Shown: positions 10,262-20,948 of the stretch, piece by piece | Layout: the number at the start of each line of letters is the position of its first letter | Numbering within the stretch: position 1 is the stretch's first letter | IMG/VR virus record: IMGVR_UViG_2049941000_000011 | Reading direction: 5' to 3' (one strand) | DNA: 64,000 nucleotides | Origin: an uncultured virus (IMG/VR IMGVR_UViG_2049941000_000011) | Taxonomy: Duplodnaviria; Heunggongvirae; Uroviricota; Caudoviricetes | Program-made: the position numbers and the translations under genes | The notes under the pieces: model-generated | Database searches by the model: none | Seen by the model: the letters and a program-made list of their open reading frames with translations, nothing else | Told to the model about the DNA's origin: nothing

Positions 10262-11077
10262 CTATTTTTTCTTTTTAAATAAATTTGCAAACCAGTTAAT
10301 AACTTTTGCCAACCATCTTAAGAAAGTTGTATTGTGGAATGGTTGAGATACATGAGATTCTCCACCAACAACTTCATCAGTTACACCCCAAGCTTCTGAT
10401 AGCTTAGTGTCAAATGGTAGAACTGCTCTTCCACCTTTACCCCAAGAAGATCCCCAAGAATTTTGAATGAGCCATCCATCTTTGTTCCATCCGTAGATAA
10501 TCATACAATGACCACCTACTTTTTTCTTTTTAGGATCAAGATGAAGGACACCTTTATCGTCAACATTTGCTCCATCGCGCCAATCAACCGCAAATACGAC
10601 AGGTCCATAATTGAACAACGCGTATTTAATATCTTGAACGGATGAGACTCTGAAATATGTAGAGATTCTATTGTAATGAGCCCAAGTTTTTAAATCCAAG
10701 AAACGTTCTTCAAACAAATCAATAGCTTTTGGAACTTCTACATTTTCTGGGAAATCTGTTTTTTCAGCATCGCCATATTTACAAGCATTTGCTAATGCAT
10801 TTCTAACATACATGCCTTCGCCCTTATGTGCAGAGTTTCTTCTATTACCATAGATGAATCCTGTACTCATTAGCTTGTCTGTTTTTTCTTGACCTTCATT
10901 ATGAAATTCTATAACTTCTGCAATAGAATGCGCGACACAAGATCCAACCGCACCCTGATTTTTAATTCTAGGAGGGTGTAATTGGAATTTTTCTGGCATT
11001 TCTACGTCAGGAGCTTTTAATTTATAATCACGAACGTCTGTTTGGTGCGGAAGTGCACCGAATAATTTATTTTCCAT
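10262..11077 (-). CDS. Papain-like cysteine peptidase (C1 family)
   Basis: NQGAVGSCVAH (oxyanion Gln, catalytic Cys), GGHCMIIYGW (His), QNSWGSSWG (Asn); AAGGAG SD before MENKL. Confidence 0.9.
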   Translation of the reverse strand: MENKLFGALPHQTDVRDYKLKAPDVEMPEKFQLHPPRIKNQGAVGSCVAHSIAEVIEFHNEGQEKTDKLMSTGFIYGNRRNSAHKGEGMYVRNALANACKYGDAEKTDFPENVEVPKAIDLFEERFLDLKTWAHYNRISTYFRVSSVQDIKYALFNYGPVVFAVDWRDGANVDDKGVLHLDPKKKKVGGHCMIIYGWNKDGWLIQNSWGSSWGKGGRAVLPFDTKLSEAWGVTDEVVGGESHVSQPFHNTTFLRWLAKVINWFANLFKKKK

Positions 11078-11087
11078 GTATTTCTCC

Positions 11088-11279
11088 TTATATATATGCA
11101 TCTGGTTTTAAATCTACATCGATATAATAAACTTTTTCATCAATTAATTTATTAATATAAAACTTATTAATGCAAGATTGCATCCACAAGTTGAAATCCT
11201 CTCCGCTCGTAAATGCAATCACTGAAAATTTATTAGAATTATGAAGTCTCAGAATAACATGAATTAATTCTGTCGTCAT
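11088..11279 (-). CDS. Hypothetical protein
   Basis: Short ORF tightly packed in operon. Confidence 0.55.
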   Translation of the reverse strand: MTTELIHVILRLHNSNKFSVIAFTSGEDFNLWMQSCINKFYINKLIDEKVYYIDVDLKPDAYI

Positions 11280-11281
11280 AC

Positions 11282-11545
11282 TTATTCAAGCGTAATAGCT
11301 TTATTGCCTATCTTTTGATAAGTATCAACATAAAGTTGGTTAGCAGTTTTACTATATGTAATTTCATAGTATCTACCTTGGGTATCTGTAGGGACAACGA
11401 ATGTTCCTTTAATATTTCCTAGAACATATCCTAAGAAAACTGTTTCAATAGCATCGCGAGAGAGATCTTCTCTTCCGTAATGTTCCTTTTCAATACTAAT
11501 AATTGCATCTTTTGCAGCTGATCTAAATTTGTTTGTGCTTAACAT
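11282..11545 (-). CDS. Small phage protein (DUF6275-like)
   Basis: GGAGG SD before MLSTNKF; C-terminal YYEITY...QLYVDTYQK pattern. Confidence 0.55.
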   Translation of the reverse strand: MLSTNKFRSAAKDAIISIEKEHYGREDLSRDAIETVFLGYVLGNIKGTFVVPTDTQGRYYEITYSKTANQLYVDTYQKIGNKAITLE

Positions 11546-11570
11546 ACAAGCCTCCTTTAATTCTAAATTA

Positions 11571-11599
11571 ATTATATATGGATAATCAATTTTTTTCAA
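11571..11599 (-). promoter_or_regulatory. sigmaA-type promoter
   Basis: TTGAAA-17-TATAAT, just downstream of an intergenic hairpin at ~11619-11648. Confidence 0.7.
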
Positions 11600-11683
11600 T
11601 GAGATTTTCAATGAAACACCAACACACCCCCTGTCGGGGTATGTTGGATTTTGAAAATGTTTTTAGGTCAAAAAGTAATTGGC

Positions 11684-12607
11684 CTATTTTTTAGATTTAT
11701 ATTCTGGTTCTTCTAATTTATCACCATTTTGATTATAACACACGTTCATATTTTCTTCATTTATTACCATAACATTTTGAGGATGGAGATAAGTATGAGC
11801 ACGCGTACTTGCGCACCCCCCATCTAATCCAATCAAGTTGGCACTATAATAAATCGGACCCAACTCGTACAAATATGACGGATCGTTTTTTAAGGCGAAG
11901 AAGAAATCGCTTGTGTGCCAGTGTCCGCAAACCAGGGTTTTATTCTGTTTAGCTTCGGGTTCAAATAAGCCAGTCGCATATTGCTTCCAAGGACATCCCC
12001 AAGCGGCGTCGTCCCAATCTTCTTGGTGGGCTGTTCTCCATTCAGGACAGAATTCAAATTTTCTGTCATGAACGTACCATCCAGGTAAACCATCAAGATT
12101 TTTTACAGGAATGAACGAGTGAACGAAGATATATTTATCTAATTCATAGAAATTGACCCATTGGCCGCTCTTAATCCACTCTGTAATAGGGTGTTTTGCC
12201 ACTTTTTTGACGATCTCAGACCATTTTCTGAAAGCGAGGTTTATCGTATTCTCGTCATCATCATAAGACGGTTTGCGAACTGGTTTTAAAAATTGAATCG
12301 GAACCTGTGCAATTGAACAGAAAGTATTAACCGTACCGTTACTAAAGTCATATTCTTCTGGGAAACCTTTTTTCAAAAGCATTAAATATAGCCACTCATG
12401 ATTTCCACGAATTAAGATCATTCTTTCTTTTGGGATAGAAGATAAGAATTCATAAACAGGAATTGTTTCAGGCCCACGGTCGAAGACATCTCCACAAACA
12501 ATTAATATGTGTCCGGGATTCTCTTTTTGGTACCCAGCTGAATCCAATGATTTCTTCATTTCATAAAAGAAACTGTGAATATCAGATAATACAAAATATT
12601 TTTTCAT
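11684..12607 (-). CDS. Metallophosphoesterase (PPP/ApaH-like)
   Basis: SDIH, GDVFDRG, RGNHE, FVH, CGHWH, GLDGGC motifs. Confidence 0.88.
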   Translation of the reverse strand: MKKYFVLSDIHSFFYEMKKSLDSAGYQKENPGHILIVCGDVFDRGPETIPVYEFLSSIPKERMILIRGNHEWLYLMLLKKGFPEEYDFSNGTVNTFCSIAQVPIQFLKPVRKPSYDDDENTINLAFRKWSEIVKKVAKHPITEWIKSGQWVNFYELDKYIFVHSFIPVKNLDGLPGWYVHDRKFEFCPEWRTAHQEDWDDAAWGCPWKQYATGLFEPEAKQNKTLVCGHWHTSDFFFALKNDPSYLYELGPIYYSANLIGLDGGCASTRAHTYLHPQNVMVINEENMNVCYNQNGDKLEEPEYKSKK

Positions 12608-12611
12608 ATAA

Positions 12612-12998
12612 TTATTTTTTCACCTTTACCTTTTTTGGAGGCACGATATATAAATCACAACAAGGAATATGATTATTAGGTTCAATATAAATAATACACA
12701 ACTTTCCTTCTTTATCTATTTTCATTTCGAATGGTCTAAATTGAGATGCATCGATACGGAAGATTTCATAGCTTCCATAATTTTTTAACAAAACTGCTTC
12801 ACCAGCATCTTCTACAACCTCGGCACAATAATGATTATTAGAATAATAAGAAGGATTGTAATCGAAACAGAATTCATCAAGAACGTATGGAGAATGCACA
12901 GTTAAGAAAGATTCATAGAGCAAGCAATCAGCATTAGGCTGATAAACCCTAAAATGCTGACCGCGGCCTACGTCTGTAACAAATTCTTTCAAAGTCAT
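12612..12998 (-). CDS. Hypothetical protein
   Basis: ORF with SD, packed in operon. Confidence 0.65.
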   Translation of the reverse strand: MTLKEFVTDVGRGQHFRVYQPNADCLLYESFLTVHSPYVLDEFCFDYNPSYYSNNHYCAEVVEDAGEAVLLKNYGSYEIFRIDASQFRPFEMKIDKEGKLCIIYIEPNNHIPCCDLYIVPPKKVKVKK

Positions 12999-13001
12999 AA
13001 T

Positions 13002-13502
13002 TTATGCCTCATTTTCTTCATCTGCGGGAACATAATCTACCAAGATAATACGACCAACAGTTTCGATATTTTCATCAATACCTGGACAATATTCGTTAAA
13101 ATCTTGATTAACACACTTAGCAATCTTTTTGCGCAAGTTCTTTTTATAATGTCTCATTCCCTTTGGATACTTCTTAGTATTCCAGAAAGTATGATTATTT
13201 GCATCGATATCAACATCGTAATAGCACCAATTGTCTTTAATAAGCTTTTTGATAGCTTTGTGAGTGAAGAAGTTACAATAAATGCTATCTAGATGATACA
13301 AATAATAATCTGGATGCGTTTTAATGTATTCTTTGGCTGCATCCACCAAACCAATTGCTCTATAGAAACCTACATAGCTAAGAATAGGAAGATCATCCTT
13401 TTCAGGATCTGTCCACTCTTCCAAATCAGCAAAATTGACTGTCTTATCGAAAATGACAACTCTCTTAAGCTTTTTTTGTGATAATGATTTTTCTTCTGAC
13501 AT
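13002..13502 (-). CDS. Hypothetical protein
   Basis: ORF with AAGGAG SD, packed in operon. Confidence 0.7.
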   Translation of the reverse strand: MSEEKSLSQKKLKRVVIFDKTVNFADLEEWTDPEKDDLPILSYVGFYRAIGLVDAAKEYIKTHPDYYLYHLDSIYCNFFTHKAIKKLIKDNWCYYDVDIDANNHTFWNTKKYPKGMRHYKKNLRKKIAKCVNQDFNEYCPGIDENIETVGRIILVDYVPADEENEA

Positions 13503-13515
13503 ATCTATATCTCCT

Positions 13516-14527
13516 TTAAAAATCTAAATCTGATAAATCCGTATTTTTTATTTGTTCAATACGTTCTTTTTCTTCCGCAACAATTTTTTCATCCTTGTCT
13601 AGTCCCTCCCAGACATGATGCGTTACGAACGATGGAGTTCCTGGTCTCCACAGAGAATAATAGGAACACAAATTTTTAGCTTCTTCTACCTGTCCAGGAT
13701 TAGTAGGAGAGAAAGTACACCAAGCACACAATGGACATGGCTTAGGCTCAACATTCATTGCATGAATTTGATCTAACACCTTATTAATTTTATCAAGACC
13801 CCTCTTAATAAAACCTTTTGTTCCTGCCGATTGTTTTTCTCCTATCATTGGAAGGTCATATTGGAAAGTATCGGGATAATCTGTCAAATTAGCGATACTT
13901 TTTAATGCATATGAATATATAACAGCTTGTAGTGGTGTCGTTGCATCTTCTTTTGAGAAGAATTTATCTTTAGTTTTAANNNNNNNNNNGTTTGGGTTTT
14001 TCTTCATATACTCTTCTAAGCGATATATCCCAAAATTTAGATATTCTTTAGCTTTTGTATCAAATGATTGTCCCTTATCGTTAATCTGGAAGAATTCTTT
14101 TGGAAACATCTTTTTAAGAATATTAATACCAAATAAATTTCCACCGCTGTCGTATTTATTTTTCTTTGGCCTATTAATATTTAGAAATTCGTCTTTAATC
14201 TTTTCATAANNNNNNNNNNNNNNNNNNNNNNNNNNNNNNNNNNNNNNNNNNNNNNNNNNNNNNNNNNNNNNNNNNNNNNNNNNNNNNNNNNNNNNNNNNN
14301 NNNNNNNNNNNNNNNNNNNNNNNNNNNNNNNNNNNCTCATGGTTCTTTAATGCGATTCCTATTTGTTCTTCACAATAGTGTATCAATGTACCAAAGAACG
14401 CGTTAATATTAGGGGTGTCAATATAATGACCCTTAACATATTGTAAATAATATCTGAAAGGACATTGAATGAACGTATTCAATTTTGAGAAAGAATATTT
14501 TTCAACTTTTATTTTTACGTCTCCCAT
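13516..14527 (-). CDS. PD-(D/E)XK nuclease (RecB/AddB/Cas4-like, possible Fe-S cluster), interrupted by gaps
   Basis: YSFSKLNTFIQCP...FGTLIH; LQAVIY; C-terminal CPLCAWC...LC. Confidence 0.8.
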
Positions 14528-14529
14528 CT

Positions 14530-15660
14530 CTATCTCCTTTTTTTCTGTTTCTTTAATACATTGTTTTCTGGAATTTGTACATATCTTCTAGCGTGATATA
14601 ATTTTTCAAATATTTCTTTCCCCCTATCGGTTGGACTATCTTTATATTGAGTTAAATGGTCAGTATCCATGATGATAGCCACTCTCATATAAGGTAATAA
14701 CGGTTTTACAACCTTATAAAGCTTTTCTTTATATTCTAATATATCTTTATCAACCCCGCTACCATTAAACTCTCTATCGAAGCCCAATACAACTTCTTCA
14801 ACACCAAGCTCTAATAATAACTTAATATGGTCGCTACTAAGAGAAGATCCATAACATGCAAGAGCCCAACAGTTATTTTGTCCATACATTGTAGCCAATT
14901 GCATGACTGATTTCTCACCTTCAACAAGTAATACTCTCTTTAATTTTCTAATAGTTGTTTGATTTTCATAAATACCAAACAATGTTTTTGATGTAGGTGT
15001 CGCATATACATCTCCTTCAATAAAGACGGGCATATATTTTTTACCAGCCGCGACTTCGAATGGATCGAAGGATCTTCTACGAATACCAATTAATTCCCCT
15101 TTAATATTACGTTGAGGAATAATAATATGATGTAAAGCGCTATCTATTCTAATACCATATTGATACATAACTTCAGCTGCGATGCCTTCTTTTTTCCACT
15201 CATATGGAGCAGCCATCGGATAGAAATATTCTAACATGTTTTCATTAATAACTTTGACTTCATCATTTTGGACTTCTTCGACTACGCTTTCTTTATCTTT
15301 AACGAACTGGAAGATATCCCAATCGCTAGTTAATTTAGCAGGAGCTTCAAATCCTGTGTTTTTGAGATGAAAATATTGAACAACATATTGGAATGCATCA
15401 ATAAAGCTTTCAAATCCCTTTGCATATTGCACAATTTCGAAGAGGTCTTTAGTTGTCCCCCTCGTATAGCAATGAAAGAGTTTTGTTGAATCATAATAAA
15501 CTAATTTATAGGAATCTCCACCATCGTGATCAATACATGTATTGAACATAGGATTCCCTTTTGCATCGTAATAGACATTATCATCCCCTTGAAGGTCACA
15601 ACATATTTTGATAATATCATCGACTGTTAATTTTTCTTTTACTTGATTACTATCTAACAT
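14530..15660 (-). CDS. DNA primase (Zn-binding domain + TOPRIM)
   Basis: CIDH...FHCYT, LVEGEKSV, LGFDRE, KDSPTD; adjacent to helicase. Confidence 0.88.
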   Translation of the reverse strand: MLDSNQVKEKLTVDDIIKICCDLQGDDNVYYDAKGNPMFNTCIDHDGGDSYKLVYYDSTKLFHCYTRGTTKDLFEIVQYAKGFESFIDAFQYVVQYFHLKNTGFEAPAKLTSDWDIFQFVKDKESVVEEVQNDEVKVINENMLEYFYPMAAPYEWKKEGIAAEVMYQYGIRIDSALHHIIIPQRNIKGELIGIRRRSFDPFEVAAGKKYMPVFIEGDVYATPTSKTLFGIYENQTTIRKLKRVLLVEGEKSVMQLATMYGQNNCWALACYGSSLSSDHIKLLLELGVEEVVLGFDREFNGSGVDKDILEYKEKLYKVVKPLLPYMRVAIIMDTDHLTQYKDSPTDRGKEIFEKLYHARRYVQIPENNVLKKQKKRR

Positions 15661-15669
15661 ATCGTCCCC

Positions 15670-17244
15670 CTAGAATTCAAAGTCGTAAGCATTTTCAATC
15701 TTATCTTCAGTGGTTTTATCCAACATAACATCAACGTTTGTATCTTGAACTGGTAAGATTGCGCCGTTTTTATCTGTTACGAAACAGTCTTCAATTCTAC
15801 AAGTAGAACGATCGAAGTAGATATAAACTTTAATATTTTGATAACTTCCTCTTCTAATCTTATAAACAGAAATGACGAAGTTAGGTTCTATTTCAAATCC
15901 TTTTTGAGCATATTGAGCGATTACTGGTCTATCTACTTCTCTAACTGGCATAAGGATAGAACCTACGTCAACTTTATCAGACAAACTCTTAGCAGACCTT
16001 AAGAAGCTAGAATCTAATTCTTTAGAGTTCTTAAAGTCACCACTCAATTGTGTTGCTGTTGCGATATGAATATTTAATTGCTTTGCGCAGTCTTTAAGTG
16101 CTGTAATCATAGAAAGAAGGATTTGGTCAGTTCTTAATCCAGAAACCTTACTCTTACGTGCACCTTCTGCCATAATTTTTAAATTTTCTGAAAGATAATC
16201 ATAGAATACATATTGAACGTTTTCTAATTGATAATATTTCTTAATAGTATTAATTAAATCGTCTGTATCATAATTAGTAATAGCTACCATATATAAACCA
16301 GATTGTTTAACTAATTGAGCAGCTTTTCTTACTCTTTCTTCTTCGTCTCCGCTATAACGTCCATCTAAAATATGTGTTTCTGGAACGCCTGCAATATTAG
16401 CCAAGACCATTGTTTGAATTTCTTGTAATTCTAATTCAGTTTCAATTAACAATACTCTTTCTTGGCGGCCTGTGTGAATCCACTGTTTTTTGGTGTTATC
16501 ATACCATTCTGGAACGCCTAAGTTGATAGCCTCTCCTACCATAACACGGGTTTTACCCATACCCGTAGGAGCAGATGTCATATAAACACAACCTTTCCTC
16601 TGACCTCTATAAATAGTGGTTAATTTTTTAGACATTAATGGCATACCCATTTCTGGTGTCTTTTTTAATTCATCGATTAATTCTTCGATATTATCGCCCA
16701 TATGGCTTTGTACCATATCATCAGAACTTCCAAACTCTTCTTTAGCTTGAATAATCTTAAGTTCTTCTTTAAGAATAATGTCATTGACACTCATATTATC
16801 GAAAGCTTCTCTTTGTTTATTAATTTTACCAGGGTCAATTTCTTCAGGATTATAAATATCTGTTGTATCAAATCCCTGTGCATTGAAACAATTAAGTAAG
16901 CTGTATTTCTTTAATAATTCATAATAATATGAGAATTTTTGGCTATCGTAGATTTTTAAAGCTTGTTGAATATAATCAACTCCATGATTATCCACAAAAA
17001 TTTTATACTGAGTAGGATATTCTCTCAAAAATTGATCAATGTCGATATAACCAATTTTTTTCATACCCTTGTGGGCTAAGTGGTCTACCGCCCCAAATAA
17101 GATTTGATGAAATTGCTCTGGAAAATCATTGATTGAAAAACGATAATTGTTATCAGAGAATAAAAGAGGATTATCAATTAAACCCGCCAAGACTTGAATG
17201 ATGGCGATTCCACTTGTAGATTTTGCCACTTCGTTCTTATTCAT
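15670..17244 (-). CDS. dnaB: DnaB-like replicative helicase
   Basis: SAPTGMGKTR Walker A, IETEL, VFYDYL, TATQLS, SDKVD. Confidence 0.88.
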   Translation of the reverse strand: MNKNEVAKSTSGIAIIQVLAGLIDNPLLFSDNNYRFSINDFPEQFHQILFGAVDHLAHKGMKKIGYIDIDQFLREYPTQYKIFVDNHGVDYIQQALKIYDSQKFSYYYELLKKYSLLNCFNAQGFDTTDIYNPEEIDPGKINKQREAFDNMSVNDIILKEELKIIQAKEEFGSSDDMVQSHMGDNIEELIDELKKTPEMGMPLMSKKLTTIYRGQRKGCVYMTSAPTGMGKTRVMVGEAINLGVPEWYDNTKKQWIHTGRQERVLLIETELELQEIQTMVLANIAGVPETHILDGRYSGDEEERVRKAAQLVKQSGLYMVAITNYDTDDLINTIKKYYQLENVQYVFYDYLSENLKIMAEGARKSKVSGLRTDQILLSMITALKDCAKQLNIHIATATQLSGDFKNSKELDSSFLRSAKSLSDKVDVGSILMPVREVDRPVIAQYAQKGFEIEPNFVISVYKIRRGSYQNIKVYIYFDRSTCRIEDCFVTDKNGAILPVQDTNVDVMLDKTTEDKIENAYDFEF

Positions 17245-17249
17245 TTAAT

Positions 17250-17738
17250 TTATAAATCCTCCATTCTATAATTCGGTTTCCAACGTCTTTTATTTCTATC
17301 CGAATTAATTTTGACTGTTTGTGATGGTATATTGTGAAGATCCACTTGTGCATTATGAGCTTGGATCTTCTTTTGTTCTACTACATATTTACGTGCGTTT
17401 TCGTATTGGTCGCTAATAATTTTGCCTATATAATTGATATTATCTGTAGGATGTCCTTCAATTTCATAATACCACCATAATGTAGCTTTAATACCGCCAA
17501 CCTTACGGCCAGCAGTGAGAAGCTTTTCAATACTAGAGGTAACAAACTCTGGACACTCGGATTTACCAAATAAATCACAGATATATTTATATAGCTCAGC
17601 TTTTTGATTTTCAAGCTTAGTAAGCTCTGCTATGAGGGCATTATAGCATGCTTCACAGTATGCTTTGCCCCCATACATATGCTTAGTGCCAACAATTTGC
17701 TGACCACATTTTACACAAGTTGGTCTGCAAGATGGCAT
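17250..17738 (-). CDS. Zinc-finger replication-associated protein
   Basis: CVKC...YCEAC at the N-terminus; directly upstream of dnaB. Confidence 0.6.
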   Translation of the reverse strand: MPSCRPTCVKCGQQIVGTKHMYGGKAYCEACYNALIAELTKLENQKAELYKYICDLFGKSECPEFVTSSIEKLLTAGRKVGGIKATLWWYYEIEGHPTDNINYIGKIISDQYENARKYVVEQKKIQAHNAQVDLHNIPSQTVKINSDRNKRRWKPNYRMEDL

Positions 17739-17740
17739 AA

Positions 17741-18613
17741 TTAGTAACCCTTAGCTACGAGCTTATTGTAGATGCTATTGCATAAGTCGTAATCAGCTTC
17801 AGTAGCAGCATTGCACTTAAAGTCTTGCTTACCAGTGACTTCTACAACAACTTGATGATATACGCTAATATCGTTATCAGTTGATTTCATCTTTTTAACG
17901 ATTTCAGCGATTTTTGTAATAAGGTCTTTGAAAGGTATTTTTTCTGCAGCTGGAGTATTTGTTGTGTCAGCTACTTTCGTGTCTGTAACGGCCTTTTTTG
18001 CTGCTTTTACAGGCTCTTTAGCACTTTTAGTGTCTACAGTTTTATCCATCTTTTGCGCAATGGCACCTGTTGTAGGTAATGACCAACGATATACTTCAAC
18101 ATTTGTTTTAGAGTTAGCAATATGAAGTTCTGTAATAACTCTAGTTTTTTCGTTATATTTAATGTCGGTAACTACATATTTAGCCATAGGGTCATCTAAT
18201 ACCCAACCCTTCTTAGGGTCTTCTTTAGTTTTAACACTAAGCCAAATGAATGGTGATGAATAAAGTTCTTCACCGATACCGACAGCATAGCCAGCTCTTT
18301 TAAAAGCATCGGAAGCTTCACCTTTCTTTTCATTGCCGTCATTATCAGAACGACTTTCAATACCGCAGTCCCATTTCCAAACAAATGGTTGACTGATATC
18401 CTCTCTGATACCAATTCCACAGTATAAATTATCTTTAACTACTTTATAATCAGATGTCCAGTTTAATGGTCCGAATACATCATTTAAAATTCTACGATCG
18501 ACTCTCGCAGTCTTATATAATAATGCAAGGGCACCGTTTTTGCCGATTTGTTTAATTTTGACTTCGATATCTTCTGAAGTTAACAATGGTATATTAATGT
18601 TTTTGTTTTGCAT
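17741..18613 (-). CDS. Rad52/Sak-like single-strand annealing protein
   Basis: LLYKTAR...ILNDVFGPLNW...KWDCG...KGEASDAFKRAG...GIGEELY. Confidence 0.85.
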   Translation of the reverse strand: MQNKNINIPLLTSEDIEVKIKQIGKNGALALLYKTARVDRRILNDVFGPLNWTSDYKVVKDNLYCGIGIREDISQPFVWKWDCGIESRSDNDGNEKKGEASDAFKRAGYAVGIGEELYSSPFIWLSVKTKEDPKKGWVLDDPMAKYVVTDIKYNEKTRVITELHIANSKTNVEVYRWSLPTTGAIAQKMDKTVDTKSAKEPVKAAKKAVTDTKVADTTNTPAAEKIPFKDLITKIAEIVKKMKSTDNDISVYHQVVVEVTGKQDFKCNAATEADYDLCNSIYNKLVAKGY

Positions 18614-18643
18614 TTTTTTTGCTCCTCTCTTGTAGATATCTAT

Positions 18644-18672
18644 ATTATATCTGGTTATTTAATAAATTGCAA
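18644..18672 (-). promoter_or_regulatory. sigmaA-type promoter
   Basis: TTGCAA-17-TATAAT upstream of the Sak-like gene. Confidence 0.65.
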
Positions 18673-19317
18673 ATAGAATTTATCATCTAATTTAGGAATA
18701 GGTAGAAATCTACTCTTTAATCCGCTTAGATGAATAACTCCTAATGCTATATCTGTTGTCTTAATATATCCAGATTGATACGCAGCTATAGCATATAAGT
18801 TTAATTGTGCTGTAACAAGCTGTCTGTGAATTGTTGATGTAGTTTTAAAGTCAGCTAATGTAAGCACACCATCAACTTCACATAATAAGTCAAACCTTCC
18901 AGCTGCCACTGGCTTTCCGTCAGCGTCATGAAGCAAGACGACTTTTTCTGTTAAAGTTGGTTTAATTTTATAAATTGGTTCTACTAAATTGAAATAATTT
19001 TGAACCTCTTGATACTCTGATACTAGAGGAATAGAATCATCCATCTCTCTTAATTCAATTAAATCTTGAAGATCTTTGTGCACTTTGGTTCCATACTCTG
19101 CTGCTTTCTGCAAGATTTCTGGTCTAACATTGGCATAAGCGTTACCATAGAAATCGTTTAGGAGAGAAGTTACACTTGGTAACTCCGCTCCATCTACGAT
19201 ATAAGTATGTGTTTCGTCAATATATTGAACCACTTCTCCCGTAGGCAGAACATAAGTTTCAATTTTTGGACTTGATTCCATACTATTCTGTCTTGTCTTC
19301 GGCAACCCTGTTGACAC
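18655..19317 (-). CDS. PD-(D/E)XK exonuclease
   Basis: PSVT, GTKVH, AGRFD, LADFKT, QLNLY; exact start uncertain. Confidence 0.85.
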   Translation of the reverse strand: MSTGLPKTRQNSMESSPKIETYVLPTGEVVQYIDETHTYIVDGAELPSVTSLLNDFYGNAYANVRPEILQKAAEYGTKVHKDLQDLIELREMDDSIPLVSEYQEVQNYFNLVEPIYKIKPTLTEKVVLLHDADGKPVAAGRFDLLCEVDGVLTLADFKTTSTIHRQLVTAQLNLYAIAAYQSGYIKTTDIALGVIHLSGLKSRFLPIPKLDDKFYLQFIK

Positions 19318-19672
19318 GAACAGATTCTTTTACTGTAGAAATCTTAACATATTTCTTATAAGTGTCAGGATCTTCAGCCTTAAGCTTTGTCGTGTCAATC
19401 ATTGTTTTTGTGGAACCAGGAATATAGGAATAAACAAACTTATCTGTGGAAAGTTTTCCTTCTCCTGTCTTCATATATTGTTCTTTTAAAGTGCTCTTAA
19501 TGCTTTCGTTAATATCGGTTTTTAAAGTATTAAGACGATCTAATACGGACAACAACATGTCGTATTTTTGATTAAAATCATCAGAATTAATAATTTCTGT
19601 TGTAAGATGAGCAAGATCAATGGATTTTAATTCGTTAATTGCTAATAATTCATTATCTTTTCCCATACTCAC
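19283..19672 (-). CDS. Hypothetical coiled-coil recombination-module protein
   Basis: IDTTKLKAEDPDTYKKY pattern, typical of small genes next to phage exonucleases. Confidence 0.55.
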   Translation of the reverse strand: MSMGKDNELLAINELKSIDLAHLTTEIINSDDFNQKYDMLLSVLDRLNTLKTDINESIKSTLKEQYMKTGEGKLSTDKFVYSYIPGSTKTMIDTTKLKAEDPDTYKKYVKISTVKESVRVNRVAEDKTE

Positions 19673-19674
19673 TC

Positions 19675-20661
19675 CTAGAAGTCAACTTCTTCGTCAAGAA
19701 CTGATGTGGCGGCAGATGTATTTACAGGTGCTGCTGCAGGAGCTGCAGCTTTCTTAGCTGATGATTTTTTACCATTTTCATCCATCTTATTGTCTCTTAA
19801 TACCATAGCTTTCTTAACGAAATCTGTTGTAATAGAGCCTTCTTCGCCATTGTGAATTGGATTTGTAGAACCAGCCATAATTCTACGTTCTCTAATAAAG
19901 CGTGTTTCATATTGAGGGGTATCAACTTTTCCAAAATATTGAGGCTTTTCTTCTTTAACAGCTTCCTTTTTAACTGCAACACTAGTAAGGTCGCCTATTA
20001 AAGTAACAGTATCAGAAACTGCATAATGTTCTGAAATATAATCTGCAATACCATCATCAGGATAAGCAATGAAGCCAACTTTATTAACAGAATTATCATA
20101 AGTAGGAATAAGTCCGTCAACCCAAAGTTTTCCTGTTGTTTCTCCGTCCTCTTCTACTGGTGTTAAAGCATCAATATAGACGTCAACTTTGAATTTAGCT
20201 TCTGGTGTGAATGGAGAAGCATCTGTAGCTGTAATTTGTTTAAATCCTGCACGGAATCCTTTTAAGGTGACCATAGATTTTTCAATTTCACCTTGACGAG
20301 ATGCAAATTCTTCAAAACGTGCAATAGCATAGACTTTTGCAGCCATAGTGATAGCAGCTTTGTAATCTGCTGATTCGTTAGTTTTTAAATAGCTAGCGAT
20401 GCTGATTGTGTTTTCTGGTAAGAGTTCTTCAAGCTTTTTGTAATCTTTGTTTTCGCTTTTGTCTTTGTTAAATTCATTCATAAAGAATTGAACTTTGTAG
20501 GAAGAAACTTCATTGACCGCAATAGTAATAGAACCACGAATAGCAGTCTTACCGTCTTGGCTAACGATGCGTTCTAGGTTGTTCTCCTTAAGATAGCCGA
20601 CGATCTTAACGGAGTTTTGTTTTGTAACATTTGTTGTAGTTGTTTGTTTTGGCTTTGCCAT
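19675..20661 (-). CDS. Probable single-stranded DNA-binding protein
   Basis: NSVKIVGYL start, Ala/Pro linker, acidic tail ending DEEVDF; first gene after a strong promoter. Confidence 0.65.
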   Translation of the reverse strand: MAKPKQTTTTNVTKQNSVKIVGYLKENNLERIVSQDGKTAIRGSITIAVNEVSSYKVQFFMNEFNKDKSENKDYKKLEELLPENTISIASYLKTNESADYKAAITMAAKVYAIARFEEFASRQGEIEKSMVTLKGFRAGFKQITATDASPFTPEAKFKVDVYIDALTPVEEDGETTGKLWVDGLIPTYDNSVNKVGFIAYPDDGIADYISEHYAVSDTVTLIGDLTSVAVKKEAVKEEKPQYFGKVDTPQYETRFIRERRIMAGSTNPIHNGEEGSITTDFVKKAMVLRDNKMDENGKKSSAKKAAAPAAAPVNTSAATSVLDEEVDF

Positions 20662-20740
20662 AGTTTTTTCTTAATCTCCTTTACAAAAAAATGTTTAATA
20701 ATTGCGTTGATGGTAGACATAGTTGTACCATAACACCTAT

Positions 20741-20769
20741 ATTATATATGGATATAAAAATAGTGTCAA
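20741..20769 (-). promoter_or_regulatory. Consensus sigmaA promoter for the replication/recombination operon
   Basis: TTGACA-17-TATAAT. Confidence 0.85.
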
Positions 20770-20776
20770 TAGAATA

Positions 20777-20941
20777 TTACTCATCAATGCGTTTATTTCT
20801 TTTAAATGATCCTTTGCCCTTTTTAGGCTTAAAAACATGAGCTCGTGTAGATCTCTGCACATTGAAGTGATCCACGTTTCTCATGTTATATTCGCCTTCT
20901 GTTGTTTGGCCATTTAAGGAAATTCTAATTTTACGTTTCAT
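20777..20941 (-). CDS. arfA: ArfA-like alternative ribosome-rescue factor (54 aa, not in ORF track)
   Basis: MKRKIRISLNGQTTEGEYNMRNVDHFNVQRSTRAHVFKPKKGKGSFKRNKRIDE contains the ArfA hallmark KKGKGS(Y/F)xR. Confidence 0.72.
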   Translation of the reverse strand: MKRKIRISLNGQTTEGEYNMRNVDHFNVQRSTRAHVFKPKKGKGSFKRNKRIDE

Positions 20942-20948
20942 GGCCATT

